A program made the position numbers and the translations under genes. DNA of 64,000 bases from an uncultured Nitrospinota bacterium (GTDB lineage Bacteria > Tectomicrobia > Entotheonellia > J063 > CAVPRW01): contig CAVPRW010000045.1 of NCBI GenBank assembly GCA_963707985.1, positions 160,001-224,000 of the forward strand, written 5' to 3'. The notes beneath the pieces were generated by a model. The model was not told where the DNA came from, searched no databases, and worked only from the letters and a program-made list of their open reading frames with translations. Every line of letters starts with the position of its first letter. Within the stretch, counting starts at the first letter, position 1. Positions 19,106 to 28,885 of the stretch are shown here, piece by piece.

Positions 19106-20110
19106 TCACAGGTTCATCATGCTGCTGTGGCCTGGGAAAGCTTTAGAATTGGGATGGATATAGGTTGACGCAAAGTTGACGGCGATTGCCGCTTCTCCCT
19201 GACCTGTGGTGATTAATTTGAGTTTGCCCTGATGTGTCACAGCATCGCCGGCAGCATAGACGCCGGGCAGGTTGGTCTCCATACGTTCGTTCACCTTTAT
19301 GGCATTGTTCTCAACAGCCAGGCCCCAGGTCTTCACGGGCCCGAGGTCAGCGAGAAACCCGAGGCTCAGAATGAGTTCATCGGCCTTGTAGTACGTCTCT
19401 TCGCCTGTCTTATTGTGAAAAATAGTGACTCCTTCGAGGTGGTCCCCCCCATGCACGGCCTTGAGCTCGTAAAAACATTTGACCTCTATTGGTGAGGTCA
19501 TGAGCTCCTGCACACTCTGCGGGTGCGCGCGAAATTGATCACGGCGATGGATGAGTGTGACCTCGCGAGCCATATCTTTAAGCATCAAGGCCCAATCCAC
19601 GGCAGAATCCCCACCGCCGACGATCATCACACGTTTCCGCGCAAAGGGTTCTTTCTCTTTCACGAAATAGTGGATGCCACGGCCTTCCAAGCGATCGATC
19701 TCTGGGAGATCCAGCTTCTTCGGTGCAAAGGCTCCGACTCCTACCGCCAGGACGATGGCGCGAGTCCAGTGTTCCGCTTTATCCGTGCGCAGGTGGATGA
19801 GCCGATCGTCGTGGTAGGTCAAATCAACGACTTTTTCCTCCAAGCAGACAGCTGGGTTGAACCGTAGGCCTTGCTCGACACAAGATTTGACGAGATCTTT
19901 TGCCAGGACCTTTGGATAACCCGCCACATCGTAGATGTATTTTTCCGGGTAGAGGGTAATGAGCTGGCCTCCCAGTTCTGCCAGACTATCGATAAGTTTC
20001 GCCCGCAGCCCACGAAGACCGGCATAAAACAGCCCGAATAAACCGACGGGTCCTCCTCCTAAAATTGTAATGTCGAAAATATCAATTTCCTGGGTTTCAT
20101 CGGCTCTCAA
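19106..20110 (-). CDS. Ferredoxin--NADP+ reductase (TrxB-like, YumC type)
   Basis: GGGPVGLF, GGQLITLYPEKYIYDVAG, GGGDSAVDWA, HRRDQFRAH, YAAGD, GKLKLI; no CxxC; TTG start after AAAGGA. Confidence 0.88.
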   Translation of the reverse strand: MRADETQEIDIFDITILGGGPVGLFGLFYAGLRGLRAKLIDSLAELGGQLITLYPEKYIYDVAGYPKVLAKDLVKSCVEQGLRFNPAVCLEEKVVDLTYHDDRLIHLRTDKAEHWTRAIVLAVGVGAFAPKKLDLPEIDRLEGRGIHYFVKEKEPFARKRVMIVGGGDSAVDWALMLKDMAREVTLIHRRDQFRAHPQSVQELMTSPIEVKCFYELKAVHGGDHLEGVTIFHNKTGEETYYKADELILSLGFLADLGPVKTWGLAVENNAIKVNERMETNLPGVYAAGDAVTHQGKLKLITTGQGEAAIAVNFASTYIHPNSKAFPGHSSMMNL

Positions 20111-20208
20111 GGTGCACAATCCTTTCTTTATCACACATTGCAGGTAGTCTCGGTGTGTACCTGATATACAATGGGGGGATGCTGAAAGATGATCTTGGTG
20201 CAGTACGC

Positions 20209-21552
20209 TTATGAACCTATCAGACGACTGCGAATCAGCAAAACCTTCTGAGCCACCTCTATGGCATCCTGTCCCAGCACCCACACCATTCCCTCTTGAC
20301 CAATTGTGCCAAGCTCATAGACGATATCTGGGACGGTGCCGATCTTTTGAATCGCCTCGACTACGCGCCAAGTCACAGGTGATCCTTCCTTGCATTGCAC
20401 TGTACAGGGTTCACCATGAGATGATAGGTGAGCGCTGCGGAGATTCGCTGTCTGGCAGGCCTGCAGAATATCATCGCGGTAGCGAATGTTCATCGCGCTT
20501 CGATACTTGGGATCAACGCGCATGGCCGCGAGAATCATCGTGGCCACATGCCGAGAAGCGCCGAAGCGGAGACTTCCCAGAGGATGAATATCTTTACCCA
20601 CACGCACGATACGACCTTCCCACGCTGCTACCTCCAGTAGCGTGGTCGCTTGCGGCAGGGCCAGCCCGAGATTCGATTGGACCTCAGGAATCAGCGCGGC
20701 GATCCCACCCTCCCGTAGTTGCGTCACCGCTTCCTCTAACTGCAAGATGATGTCGTAGCGAGCCGCTTGACGGTACAGGGCGCCAAAATGATGTGTGGGC
20801 CCAAAGCCATGCCCGATAGGCTCGGCTAGACGAATCGCGGTGGTAATGAAGGCCTTTGCGTGGCGTACAGCCTCGATCACCTCTGCTCCCTTGGCCAGCT
20901 CTGCAGCAATGGCCGAGGCAAATGTACAGCCAGTCCCGTGCAGGCTCTTGGTCTCGATCCGCTCCTCTTCAAAGTATTGAAACCTTTGCCCATCGAAGAA
21001 GACATCAACCGGTGGCCCAGTAAGATGTCCCCCCTTGACCACCACATGCCGTGACCCTTTAGCGTGGATGCGGCGCGCCGCCTGCTCCATCTCCTCCACA
21101 TTGCGGATCGATAGGCCAGCCAAGACCTCAGCCTCCCCCAGGTTTGGGGTGACCACATATGCCAGCGGCAGGAGTCTCTCGATCAGCTCGGCTTCTGCCT
21201 CCTTGCGGAGCAGAGCTGCACCGCCCTTGGCCACCATGACGGGGTCAACCACCAGCTTCTCCACGCCAAGGGCTTGCAGACGCTCGCTGATGGCACGGAT
21301 GATCAGAGGATTGGATAACATGCCAGTCTTGACGGCATCGATCGGGAAGTCGTGCATCACGGTGTCGAGCTGAAGGGTAATGAACTCCGCCGGTAGATCG
21401 TGAATCCCTGTGACCTCCAGCGTGTTTTGCGCGGTCACCGACGTAATCACAGAGGCGCCGTAGACGCCAAGCGCCGCGAACGTCTTCAGGTCTGCTTGGA
21501 TGCCCGCTCCACCGCCGGAATCGGAACCAGCGATTGTCAAGGCTATCGGCAT
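20209..21552 (-). CDS. thiD: HMP/HMP-P kinase fused to a ThiN-type thiamine-phosphate synthase domain (ThiDN)
   Basis: [33 protein letters not shown]-terminal [28 protein letters not shown]. Confidence 0.9.
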   Translation of the reverse strand: MPIALTIAGSDSGGGAGIQADLKTFAALGVYGASVITSVTAQNTLEVTGIHDLPAEFITLQLDTVMHDFPIDAVKTGMLSNPLIIRAISERLQALGVEKLVVDPVMVAKGGAALLRKEAEAELIERLLPLAYVVTPNLGEAEVLAGLSIRNVEEMEQAARRIHAKGSRHVVVKGGHLTGPPVDVFFDGQRFQYFEEERIETKSLHGTGCTFASAIAAELAKGAEVIEAVRHAKAFITTAIRLAEPIGHGFGPTHHFGALYRQAARYDIILQLEEAVTQLREGGIAALIPEVQSNLGLALPQATTLLEVAAWEGRIVRVGKDIHPLGSLRFGASRHVATMILAAMRVDPKYRSAMNIRYRDDILQACQTANLRSAHLSSHGEPCTVQCKEGSPVTWRVVEAIQKIGTVPDIVYELGTIGQEGMVWVLGQDAIEVAQKVLLIRSRLIGS

Positions 21553-21594
21553 GGTCATTCCTCCGCACACTTCCTCTTGAGATTAGTCCGATAG

Positions 21595-22329
21595 CTAGCG
21601 AAATTGGGCGTAACCCATGGGATTCATATGCTTGCGTTTGAGCTGGACCCCTTCGTGCGTGATCTCGAACGGCATCCAGTCGACGGGATGCTCGGTGGCA
21701 AACATCTTCATGATCCGCAGCTCGCGTCCAGCTTCGCCGAGGCGCAGTTCGATGACATTATCGTGGTATTGGCGCAGCATGGCTTCCGCCTGTGGATCTT
21801 GCAATTCGCGACTAACGCAGCGCACCCCAGTGATGCCATGCTTCATGGCCCATTCCTTGGACCACTCTAGGGTACGAATCACCTCTTCAAATCCGCCACG
21901 GATCAAGTTTAGGGATTCATTGTCGGAGACGATTCTAGTCGTCGGTGAGGATCGACTGAGTTTGAGCGTCTCGTCATAAAAGACTCGCGTCATCTGTGCC
22001 GATGGGCGGCCCGCCACATAGGTCACCTGCGGATCACCAGGCGTGCTGTAGCGGGGAAAGAGCTGGCGAAAACGAATTTGCTGTGACTTTTCGAATGGAT
22101 CAATGTCCCAGCCGAACGAGCGGAAGTAGGTACGCAGGCTTTCGACAGGATGGTCGGTGACCTCATAGATACATGCTTCACCTGCACACAAGCCCTGCCA
22201 GGTGAATTCCATGCCAATGATCGTTTTCCCGCTACCGTTCTCTCCGAAGATGAGCGTCCAAGTGCCTCGGGGCAAGCCTCCGGCGATAAGCTCATCGAGT
22301 CCTTTTATCCCGCTTGGCGTTCGATCCAT
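21595..22329 (-). CDS. Single-domain KaiC/RAD55-like RecA-superfamily ATPase
   Basis: SGIKGLDELIAGGLP, GENGSGKT, RELRIMKM, PFEITHEG. Confidence 0.82.
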   Translation of the reverse strand: MDRTPSGIKGLDELIAGGLPRGTWTLIFGENGSGKTIIGMEFTWQGLCAGEACIYEVTDHPVESLRTYFRSFGWDIDPFEKSQQIRFRQLFPRYSTPGDPQVTYVAGRPSAQMTRVFYDETLKLSRSSPTTRIVSDNESLNLIRGGFEEVIRTLEWSKEWAMKHGITGVRCVSRELQDPQAEAMLRQYHDNVIELRLGEAGRELRIMKMFATEHPVDWMPFEITHEGVQLKRKHMNPMGYAQFR

Positions 22330-22336
22330 AGCATCC

Positions 22337-22825
22337 TCACTTATGTGTCCATTTCTGGATGGTGTCAAAGCGAACGCCGCCAAGCTGGTACAGTTTCTCT
22401 TTGTCGAAAATCATTTCCTCACGGCTATAGCCCGCCAGCTCGAAATGTTTGGTCAGGAAGATGGCCTCCTCCGGACAGACATCTTCGCAAAAGCCACAGT
22501 AGATGCAGCGCAACATATCGATATCAAAGGCGATGGGGTATTTCTCGACGTTACTTCCCTGGAGCTCTCCCCCGACGATGGTAATGGCTTGCGGAGGGCA
22601 GATCTCCTGGCAAAGAAAGCAGGCCACGCACTTTTCTCGGCCGTTTTGATCCGTGACTAGGGCCGGGGCCCCTCGATAGTTGGGGGGAAGCTCCCAGCGC
22701 TGTTCGGGGTATTCCATCGTCACCTTCGGTCGGAACAGGTGACTGAACGTCAGCTTGAGGCCACGGAGGATCTCTGGAATATATAAGCGCTCGGCCCACG
22801 TGAGGTCTTCCTGATGATCAGCCAT
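22337..22825 (-). CDS. nuoI: NADH-quinone oxidoreductase subunit I
   Basis: TMEYPE, CVACFLCQEICP, IDMLRCIYCGFCEDVCPEEAI. Confidence 0.9.
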   Translation of the reverse strand: MADHQEDLTWAERLYIPEILRGLKLTFSHLFRPKVTMEYPEQRWELPPNYRGAPALVTDQNGREKCVACFLCQEICPPQAITIVGGELQGSNVEKYPIAFDIDMLRCIYCGFCEDVCPEEAIFLTKHFELAGYSREEMIFDKEKLYQLGGVRFDTIQKWTHK

Positions 22826-22883
22826 GATGAACAGTTCTCCTGGCAAGGTGCCTGACGGTAGCGCGGGGCTCCCCTCGTGGCCA

Positions 22884-23126
22884 TCACTGTACCATATGGC
22901 ACAGCGTACAAGGCCCTAAGTCGCGATGTGGCATCAACGGGGCATTTACACCCTGCAGATGACAGGCGATACAGGCTTCGCGGCTGAGGGTGCCTTGGTG
23001 TTGAGGAATGGCAGAAAGCGCCGGAGCAGCATGCCAAAATGCCCAGAGGAACCCGACGAACATGAGTCCACCGCACACCAGAAGAATCATCCAGAAAATT
23101 CGCCGGCTGGCGGCTTCACTCGGCAT
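22884..23126 (-). CDS. Small membrane-anchored diheme c-type cytochrome
   Basis: N-terminal TM/signal segment; CIACH and CTLCH with preceding IPQH / MPH (NapB-like layout). Confidence 0.75.
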   Translation of the reverse strand: MPSEAASRRIFWMILLVCGGLMFVGFLWAFWHAAPALSAIPQHQGTLSREACIACHLQGVNAPLMPHRDLGPCTLCHMVQ

Positions 23127-23390
23127 TGAATTAAGGCCACCTGTGGATGATGCAGCTGCCGGCGTGAGGCTGATAATGCAGCGGGCGGTCGAGCCCGGTC
23201 TTCCGGCGGCTCAGGTTCAGGCAACGGGCCACAGCTAGAAAGCCACTACTACTGCCAACGGTGGGTAGCCTAACACATGTCTCGGGCTATGTAAAGGAAG
23301 GGCAGACCCTGCGATCTAACGTACAGGGCCTGCATCAGGTAGGCGTCAGGCCTTCGTGGCACTCCTCTCGCGAGGCACCGACCTCTGCAG

Positions 23391-23855
23391 CTAGAACTCG
23401 GAGAGCTGTAGGAGGCTTCCATGCTGCTGTACGGGCGGCGCAGGTTCTTGTCCATTGCTGGATGCGGTGAGAGCAACCATCAGGCGATCGAGATCGACGC
23501 CATAACTCATTGCCGCCTGCTCAATAGTATGCTCTTCATTGATGGCGCAGGAGCTGCAACCACCGAGGTGGAATTGGGCCAGAATATCACGCACACGGGG
23601 ATCAATCGCGATAGCCTCAGCAATCTTCATGGAGGGTTCAAAGAGAGGGCCACCAGATTGCCGCCGCATCAAGCTTCGGACTGCCTGTAGCTCCTTCTGC
23701 ACAGTGCTTTCCAGTTCATTCAGTCGGGCCTGTGCCAAATAGAGACGGCGTTGCGCATCGCGCAGCATGTCTCGCATATATCGCTGCCGGAAGAAAGTGA
23801 TAGTGGAGATGCCCAAGGCGACACAAACAGTTAGCACGATCAGCACGGTCATCAT
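23391..23855 (-). CDS. Membrane-anchored protein with coiled coil and DUF1858-like CxxC domain
   Basis: N-terminal TM helix, heptad region, MKIAEAI...FHLGGCSSCAINEEHTIEQAA..YGVDLD. Confidence 0.72.
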   Translation of the reverse strand: MMTVLIVLTVCVALGISTITFFRQRYMRDMLRDAQRRLYLAQARLNELESTVQKELQAVRSLMRRQSGGPLFEPSMKIAEAIAIDPRVRDILAQFHLGGCSSCAINEEHTIEQAAMSYGVDLDRLMVALTASSNGQEPAPPVQQHGSLLQLSEF

Positions 23856-23875
23856 AGCCTCTCTCCAGGAGCGTT

Positions 23876-25288
23876 CTAATCCTTATTACCCGAGAGCTCC
23901 CACAAAATTACACCTGGTGAAAACTGGCTACGTTGCAGGCGCTGTTTTAGCAGCAACACCTTCTCGCTTTCCGTCTGGAAGGGATCATTGAACCGAACCC
24001 AGAAGTTCATCAAATGCCCAAACCGAATGTAGTTCCAATCGAGGTCGTAATGGATCTTTTGTTCCTTGGCCAGTTTGATGAGTTCGCCGCGCAGCTTCGC
24101 ACGGGTGTTGGGGGGTGGGCACGAAGTCGCCGTTCGCACCTCATCATCAGTAATGATGCGCGCGATATTCCCTTGCTGGGCCAGAAGATAATAGATGCCT
24201 CGTTTGACGTGGATGTCGTGATATTGGAGGTCGAGCATCAGGATTTTGTCGGTGGCTGCCTCGGTGCCGCGTCGCTGCATGTACTGCCCGAACCAATAGC
24301 GCTTGATCACCCAGTCGATTTCCCGCCGCAGCAACATGGGATCAGTTTCGAGGCACTCTAGCACATGTTCCCATTTGCTCAAGATGTCGCGCGTTTCCTC
24401 ATCGGCCTCATGCACGGAAAAATAGGTTTGCGCCAGGTGCAAATATTCGCGTTGGATCTGCAACGCCGTCATGGTGCGCCCATCACTCAACGTGAGGGGA
24501 ACCGACATGTCGGGATACTGCGAGATCTCTTGCAAGGCGCGAATTGGCTCTTTGAGGGAAAAGTCCTTGGTGATGAAATTCGCCTCGATCATTTCAAGCA
24601 CCACCGCAGTCGTGCTCATTTTCAACAAGGTGGTATATTCTGACATGTTGGAGTCGGCAAAGGTGATATGCAAACGTCGGTAACGCTCTTTATCGGCGTG
24701 TGGCTCATCGCGTAGGTTAATGATGCCGCGTTCATTGGTTGTCGTCCCGGATAGCTCCTGGCGGATGTATGGCGCGCGCTGCGAGAGGTGGAACGAGATG
24801 CCATTCTTGTCCCGCACGTACCGCCCAGCACCGCAGAAGATTTGTCGAGTCACCAGGAAGGGAATCAACTGCTCTGCCAGTTGATAGAAGTCGACGGATC
24901 GGCTGACCAGGTAGTTCTCGTGACACCCATACGAATTGCCCACGGAGTCCGTGTTGTTCTTGTAGATATACAGGCTTCCAACCAACCCTTCCTCGCGAAG
25001 TTTTACCTCCGTGCAGCTCAACAGGCCTTCGAGGATACGCTCACCTGCCTTGTCATAGGCCACGACATCGTGTGGACTAGCACACTCAGGGGTGGCGTAT
25101 TCGGGATGTGAGCCCGTGTCGAGATAAAAGCGTGCACCATTCTCGAGGAAGGCGTTGAGATGACCTTCGACTGTAGCCAGCTCTTCGAATAAATAACGAA
25201 CCGCCTTCTCAGTGGACGAGGTGCGAGCTCCCTGACTTGAGTAAATGATGCCATATTCGTTTTCTAATCCGTAGATGCGTCGCTTCAT
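23876..25288 (-). CDS. pafA: Pup--protein ligase (PafA family)
   Basis: RRIYGLENEYG, FLENGARFYLDTGSHPEYATPEC (PafA-type, not Dop DHAHPEY), KNNTD..GNSYGCHENY, RDEPHAD, YRRLH, DLQYHD, TRAKLRG. Confidence 0.88.
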   Translation of the reverse strand: MKRRIYGLENEYGIIYSSQGARTSSTEKAVRYLFEELATVEGHLNAFLENGARFYLDTGSHPEYATPECASPHDVVAYDKAGERILEGLLSCTEVKLREEGLVGSLYIYKNNTDSVGNSYGCHENYLVSRSVDFYQLAEQLIPFLVTRQIFCGAGRYVRDKNGISFHLSQRAPYIRQELSGTTTNERGIINLRDEPHADKERYRRLHITFADSNMSEYTTLLKMSTTAVVLEMIEANFITKDFSLKEPIRALQEISQYPDMSVPLTLSDGRTMTALQIQREYLHLAQTYFSVHEADEETRDILSKWEHVLECLETDPMLLRREIDWVIKRYWFGQYMQRRGTEAATDKILMLDLQYHDIHVKRGIYYLLAQQGNIARIITDDEVRTATSCPPPNTRAKLRGELIKLAKEQKIHYDLDWNYIRFGHLMNFWVRFNDPFQTESEKVLLLKQRLQRSQFSPGVILWELSGNKD

Positions 25289-25373
25289 CGGAGCAACCGC
25301 TCCTCTTGCCGCACGGCCGATCGTTTCCTCGTCGCCCCGTGCAGGCGGGAGCGATGAAGAGCGCTAGCGTGCG

Positions 25374-27395
25374 TTACAGGGCCTTGGCAACGATCTCGGC
25401 GAGATCCTGCACGGCCAAGGATTCCTCAACATGGACCCCGCGAATGCCGTCCTCAAACATCTGAAGGCAGAAGGGGCATGCACTTCCGATCACGTCTGCT
25501 TTCGTGTGCACGGCCTCCTCAGTCCGCATAAAATTGACTTTGCGCGGACTGTTCTCATCCATCCAGGCGTGACCACCGCCTGCACCACAGCATAATCCCC
25601 GTTCACGATTATGCTCCATCTCCACCGTTTTCACACCCGGAATCTGCTGCAGAATGTCGCGCGGTGCTTGGTAGATGCCGTTGTGCCGTCCCAGATAGCA
25701 TGAGTCGTGATAGGTAATGGTTTGTGTGATCGACTTGGTCAGCTTCAGCTTTCCTTCCCGCAAGAGGTGCTCGACAAATTGGGTGTGGTGGATCACCTCA
25801 AAACTACCGCCAAATTGAGGGTATTCGTTCAGTAACGTATTAAAGCAGTGGGGGCATTGGGTCAAGATTTTTTTTACGCCATACTGCTGTAGCGTCTCGA
25901 TGTTGCGCTGGGCCAACATCTGAAATAAATATTCGTTGCCCAGCCGCCGGGCTGGGTCGCCTGTGCACACCTCTTCTTCTCCCAAGACGGCGAAGTCGAC
26001 CCCCGCTGCTTTCAGGATCGTTGCCATGGCCTGCGTCACTTTCATGTTGCGGTCCATCAGTGCTCCGGTGCAGCCCACCCAGAAGACGTACTCTGCACCA
26101 CCCTTCTCCGACAGGACAGGGATGTCGAGGCCTTCCATCCAATTCGTACGTGTGTAAGGTGTACCGCGCCAGGGATGTGAGCGTTGTTCCATGCTGCGCA
26201 GCGTTTGTTCGACCGTTTCTGGCATACGAGCTTCATTCATCACCAGGTGACGACGCATATCGACAATGGTATCGATGTGCTCGATCATCACCGGGCACTC
26301 CTGCACGCAGGCGCCACACGTGGTGCAGGCCCATAAAGTGTCATCCTGGATGACATCCCCCACCATCCGTCGCGCCTCTGCACCATTTCCACCAGTCCCA
26401 GCAACCGGAGTCACTGCTACTTCATGCATATAGTTCCGCAGGTCTAAAATGACCTGCTTTGGCGATAAAGGCTTACCACTGTTATAGGCCGGGCAGCGTG
26501 CCTGGCAGCGGCCGCAGGCCGTACAGGCATCGAGATCGAGGAGCTGTTTCCAGGTGAAATCCTGCAGGTGAGCGGCCCCAAAACTTTCCGCCTCTTCGAA
26601 GTTGGGAATCGGTTCGAGTACCCCTTTGGGCTTGAGGTCCGACAGGAAGGCATTGATCGGCGCCGAGATCATATGAAACAGCTTCGCTGAATAGGGGATG
26701 TACGCCAGAAAGCCAAAGATCAACACCATATGGAACCACCACCAGAAGCGATGCCAGATCAGGAAGGTCTCCGGAGTAAAGCCCACCGTGGCGGCAAGCT
26801 TGGCGATCGCCAACCCACCGGGAGACCACACCGCCCAGCCGGGATGTTGAGCGAGCTCGGTGGCGCCGATGCGCATACCTTCGACCAGGAAGCCGGTGAA
26901 GAATACGATAAACAGGATGAGCAACGCCAAACCGTCATCGGGCGTGTCGGTGAGACGCTCCACCTTGCGCAGGTAGCGACGTTCCGCCGCCATGATGAGG
27001 CCGATGATGCCCAGTACACCGAAAATGTCGAGCACCAGGCTATAATACAGGTAAAAATCACCCCATAGGAACACGCGGCCGAGGTCCACCTGCAGGGCGA
27101 TGAGCGCGGTGCCGATAAATTCCACCACAAAGGCTGAGAAAATAAACAGATGCATCAGCCCGGGGTAGGCATCTTTGAGCAAGCGCTGATGGCCAAAGCC
27201 GTGTCCAAAGAGCGCCTTGACGCGGTCCCACGGCCGATCCAGCCGCAAGGCTGGTTTGCCCTGTCGCCACAGGCGGTAATGCCGGTAGCATCCCCATCCA
27301 AACGCCACCGCCATGGCCATCGCAAAGATATACACCAACCAGCCATAGGCGATATTGCCGAAGATGACTCGTGTGGGTTCACCACTCGGAATCAT
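25374..27395 (-). CDS. Membrane-bound heterodisulfide-reductase-like Fe-S oxidoreductase (NarI-like + 4Fe-4S + CCG domains; FadF/HdrED-like)
   Basis: TM region with His pairs; CTACGRCQARCP; CTTCGACVQECP; WVGC, CTGD, CPHC, HDSCYLGR, CCGAGGG, CPFC. Confidence 0.88.
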   Translation of the reverse strand: MIPSGEPTRVIFGNIAYGWLVYIFAMAMAVAFGWGCYRHYRLWRQGKPALRLDRPWDRVKALFGHGFGHQRLLKDAYPGLMHLFIFSAFVVEFIGTALIALQVDLGRVFLWGDFYLYYSLVLDIFGVLGIIGLIMAAERRYLRKVERLTDTPDDGLALLILFIVFFTGFLVEGMRIGATELAQHPGWAVWSPGGLAIAKLAATVGFTPETFLIWHRFWWWFHMVLIFGFLAYIPYSAKLFHMISAPINAFLSDLKPKGVLEPIPNFEEAESFGAAHLQDFTWKQLLDLDACTACGRCQARCPAYNSGKPLSPKQVILDLRNYMHEVAVTPVAGTGGNGAEARRMVGDVIQDDTLWACTTCGACVQECPVMIEHIDTIVDMRRHLVMNEARMPETVEQTLRSMEQRSHPWRGTPYTRTNWMEGLDIPVLSEKGGAEYVFWVGCTGALMDRNMKVTQAMATILKAAGVDFAVLGEEEVCTGDPARRLGNEYLFQMLAQRNIETLQQYGVKKILTQCPHCFNTLLNEYPQFGGSFEVIHHTQFVEHLLREGKLKLTKSITQTITYHDSCYLGRHNGIYQAPRDILQQIPGVKTVEMEHNRERGLCCGAGGGHAWMDENSPRKVNFMRTEEAVHTKADVIGSACPFCLQMFEDGIRGVHVEESLAVQDLAEIVAKAL

Positions 27396-27456
27396 GCGTA
27401 TCATCCCCCCTCGAGACCGGGCACTTGCGATGCGACATCGCCCCCGGACCGTCGGC

Positions 27457-28728
27457 TCAGCCGAGGGTGCGCGGATCGGTGATCTCTCCGGAGATGGCGC
27501 TGGCTGCCGCCACATAGGGATTCGCCAGATATACCTGGCTATCGACATGCCCCATTCTGCCACGGAAGTTGCGATTGGTGGTCGAAATGCACACCTCTTT
27601 TGAGCCTAATACTCCGAGATGCAGGCCAGCGCAGGCGCCACAGGTGGGAGGAGTGACGGTGGCCCCTGCGGCCAGAAACGTTTCGACGAGGCCCTCGCGA
27701 ACGGCATCAAGATATATCTGGTGGGTGGCCGGGGTGATAATGACCCGCGTGTGCTTCGCGACCCGCTTGCCGGCCAGAATCCCGGCGGCTTGCCGCAGAT
27801 CATCGATCTTGCCGTTGGTGCACGAACCGATAAACACTTGGTCGACTTTCACGCCTTGCACCTCATTCACTGGAAACACATTACTCGGGAGAAATGGTAT
27901 GGCAACCAAGGGGCGCCAGTGCCGAGGCATCCCAACGGTAGGCGTGATCGTACTCGGCGTCTGTATCACTATTATAAGCCGTCCATGGTCGCGTCACACC
28001 ATGATCGTGGAGGTAGGCTTGCGGTGGTGGCATCGACCTCGAAGACGCCGTTCTTGCCGCCTGCCTCGACGACCATATTGGTCACTGTCATGCGATCTTC
28101 CATCGGCAGCGAGCACATCGCCTCGCCGGTGAACTCCATGGCCTTATATCTAGCTCCGTCCAGTCCAATCTGGCCGATGATGAACAGAATCAAATCTTTG
28201 CCGGTGACCATCGGTTGCAATCTGCCAGTCAGCTCAAATTTGATCGTCTCAGGGACACGTAACCAAGTTTCTCCGAGAGCCAGGGCGGCAGCGATATCGG
28301 TGGTGCCCATGCCGCTGGCAAAGGTCCCAAAGGCACCGTAGGTACAGCTGTGGGAGTCCGCCCCGACGATTAATTCCCCAGGGGCAATTAAACCTTGCTC
28401 GGGCAACAGCACATGTTCGATGCCCCCACTGCCTTCGGGGAAATAGTGGACGATATTCTGCTCCTTGGCCCATTGCCGTAGCACGTAGGATTGCTCCGCG
28501 CTCCGAATGTCAGCGCTGGGCGCAATATGACTGTGCACCGCTGCTACACGCGTGGCATCGAACACCTGCTGCGCCCCCATGCGCTCCATGATCTTGAAGG
28601 TCATTGCCCCCATCAGATCGTTGATCATCACCAGGTCGACTGATGGCATTGACCAACTGGCCTGCCTTCACTTCGTCTCTACCACAGTGTGCTGCAATGA
28701 TCTTCTCGGTGATTGTGCTGCTCATCAC
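27457..28728 (-). pseudogene. leuC: 3-isopropylmalate dehydratase / homoaconitase large subunit, three frameshifts (probably sequencing errors)
   Basis: TITEKIIA, GIEH, GADSHSCTYGA, FIGSCTNG, CGACAG, STTNRNFRGRMG over several frames; indels near 28645, 28020 and 27910. Confidence 0.82.
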
Positions 28729-28885
28729 ACGTTCCCCTTTGCCCTCGGCTGCGGCTGAATACAGCTATGTGCCCTGGAGTTTCGGTACCCACAATGCGTG
28801 CGATATCGATGATCAAATCGCCATGATCAGCGTTCGAGTCTTCGGCCCCGGACTCTTTCCCAGCTTCCCTCGCCCCCGCCACGGC

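Noticed and set aside
28679..28882. 67-aa ORF between mrp and leuC as a possible leuD
   Set aside because: No LeuD motifs; overlaps the leuC start
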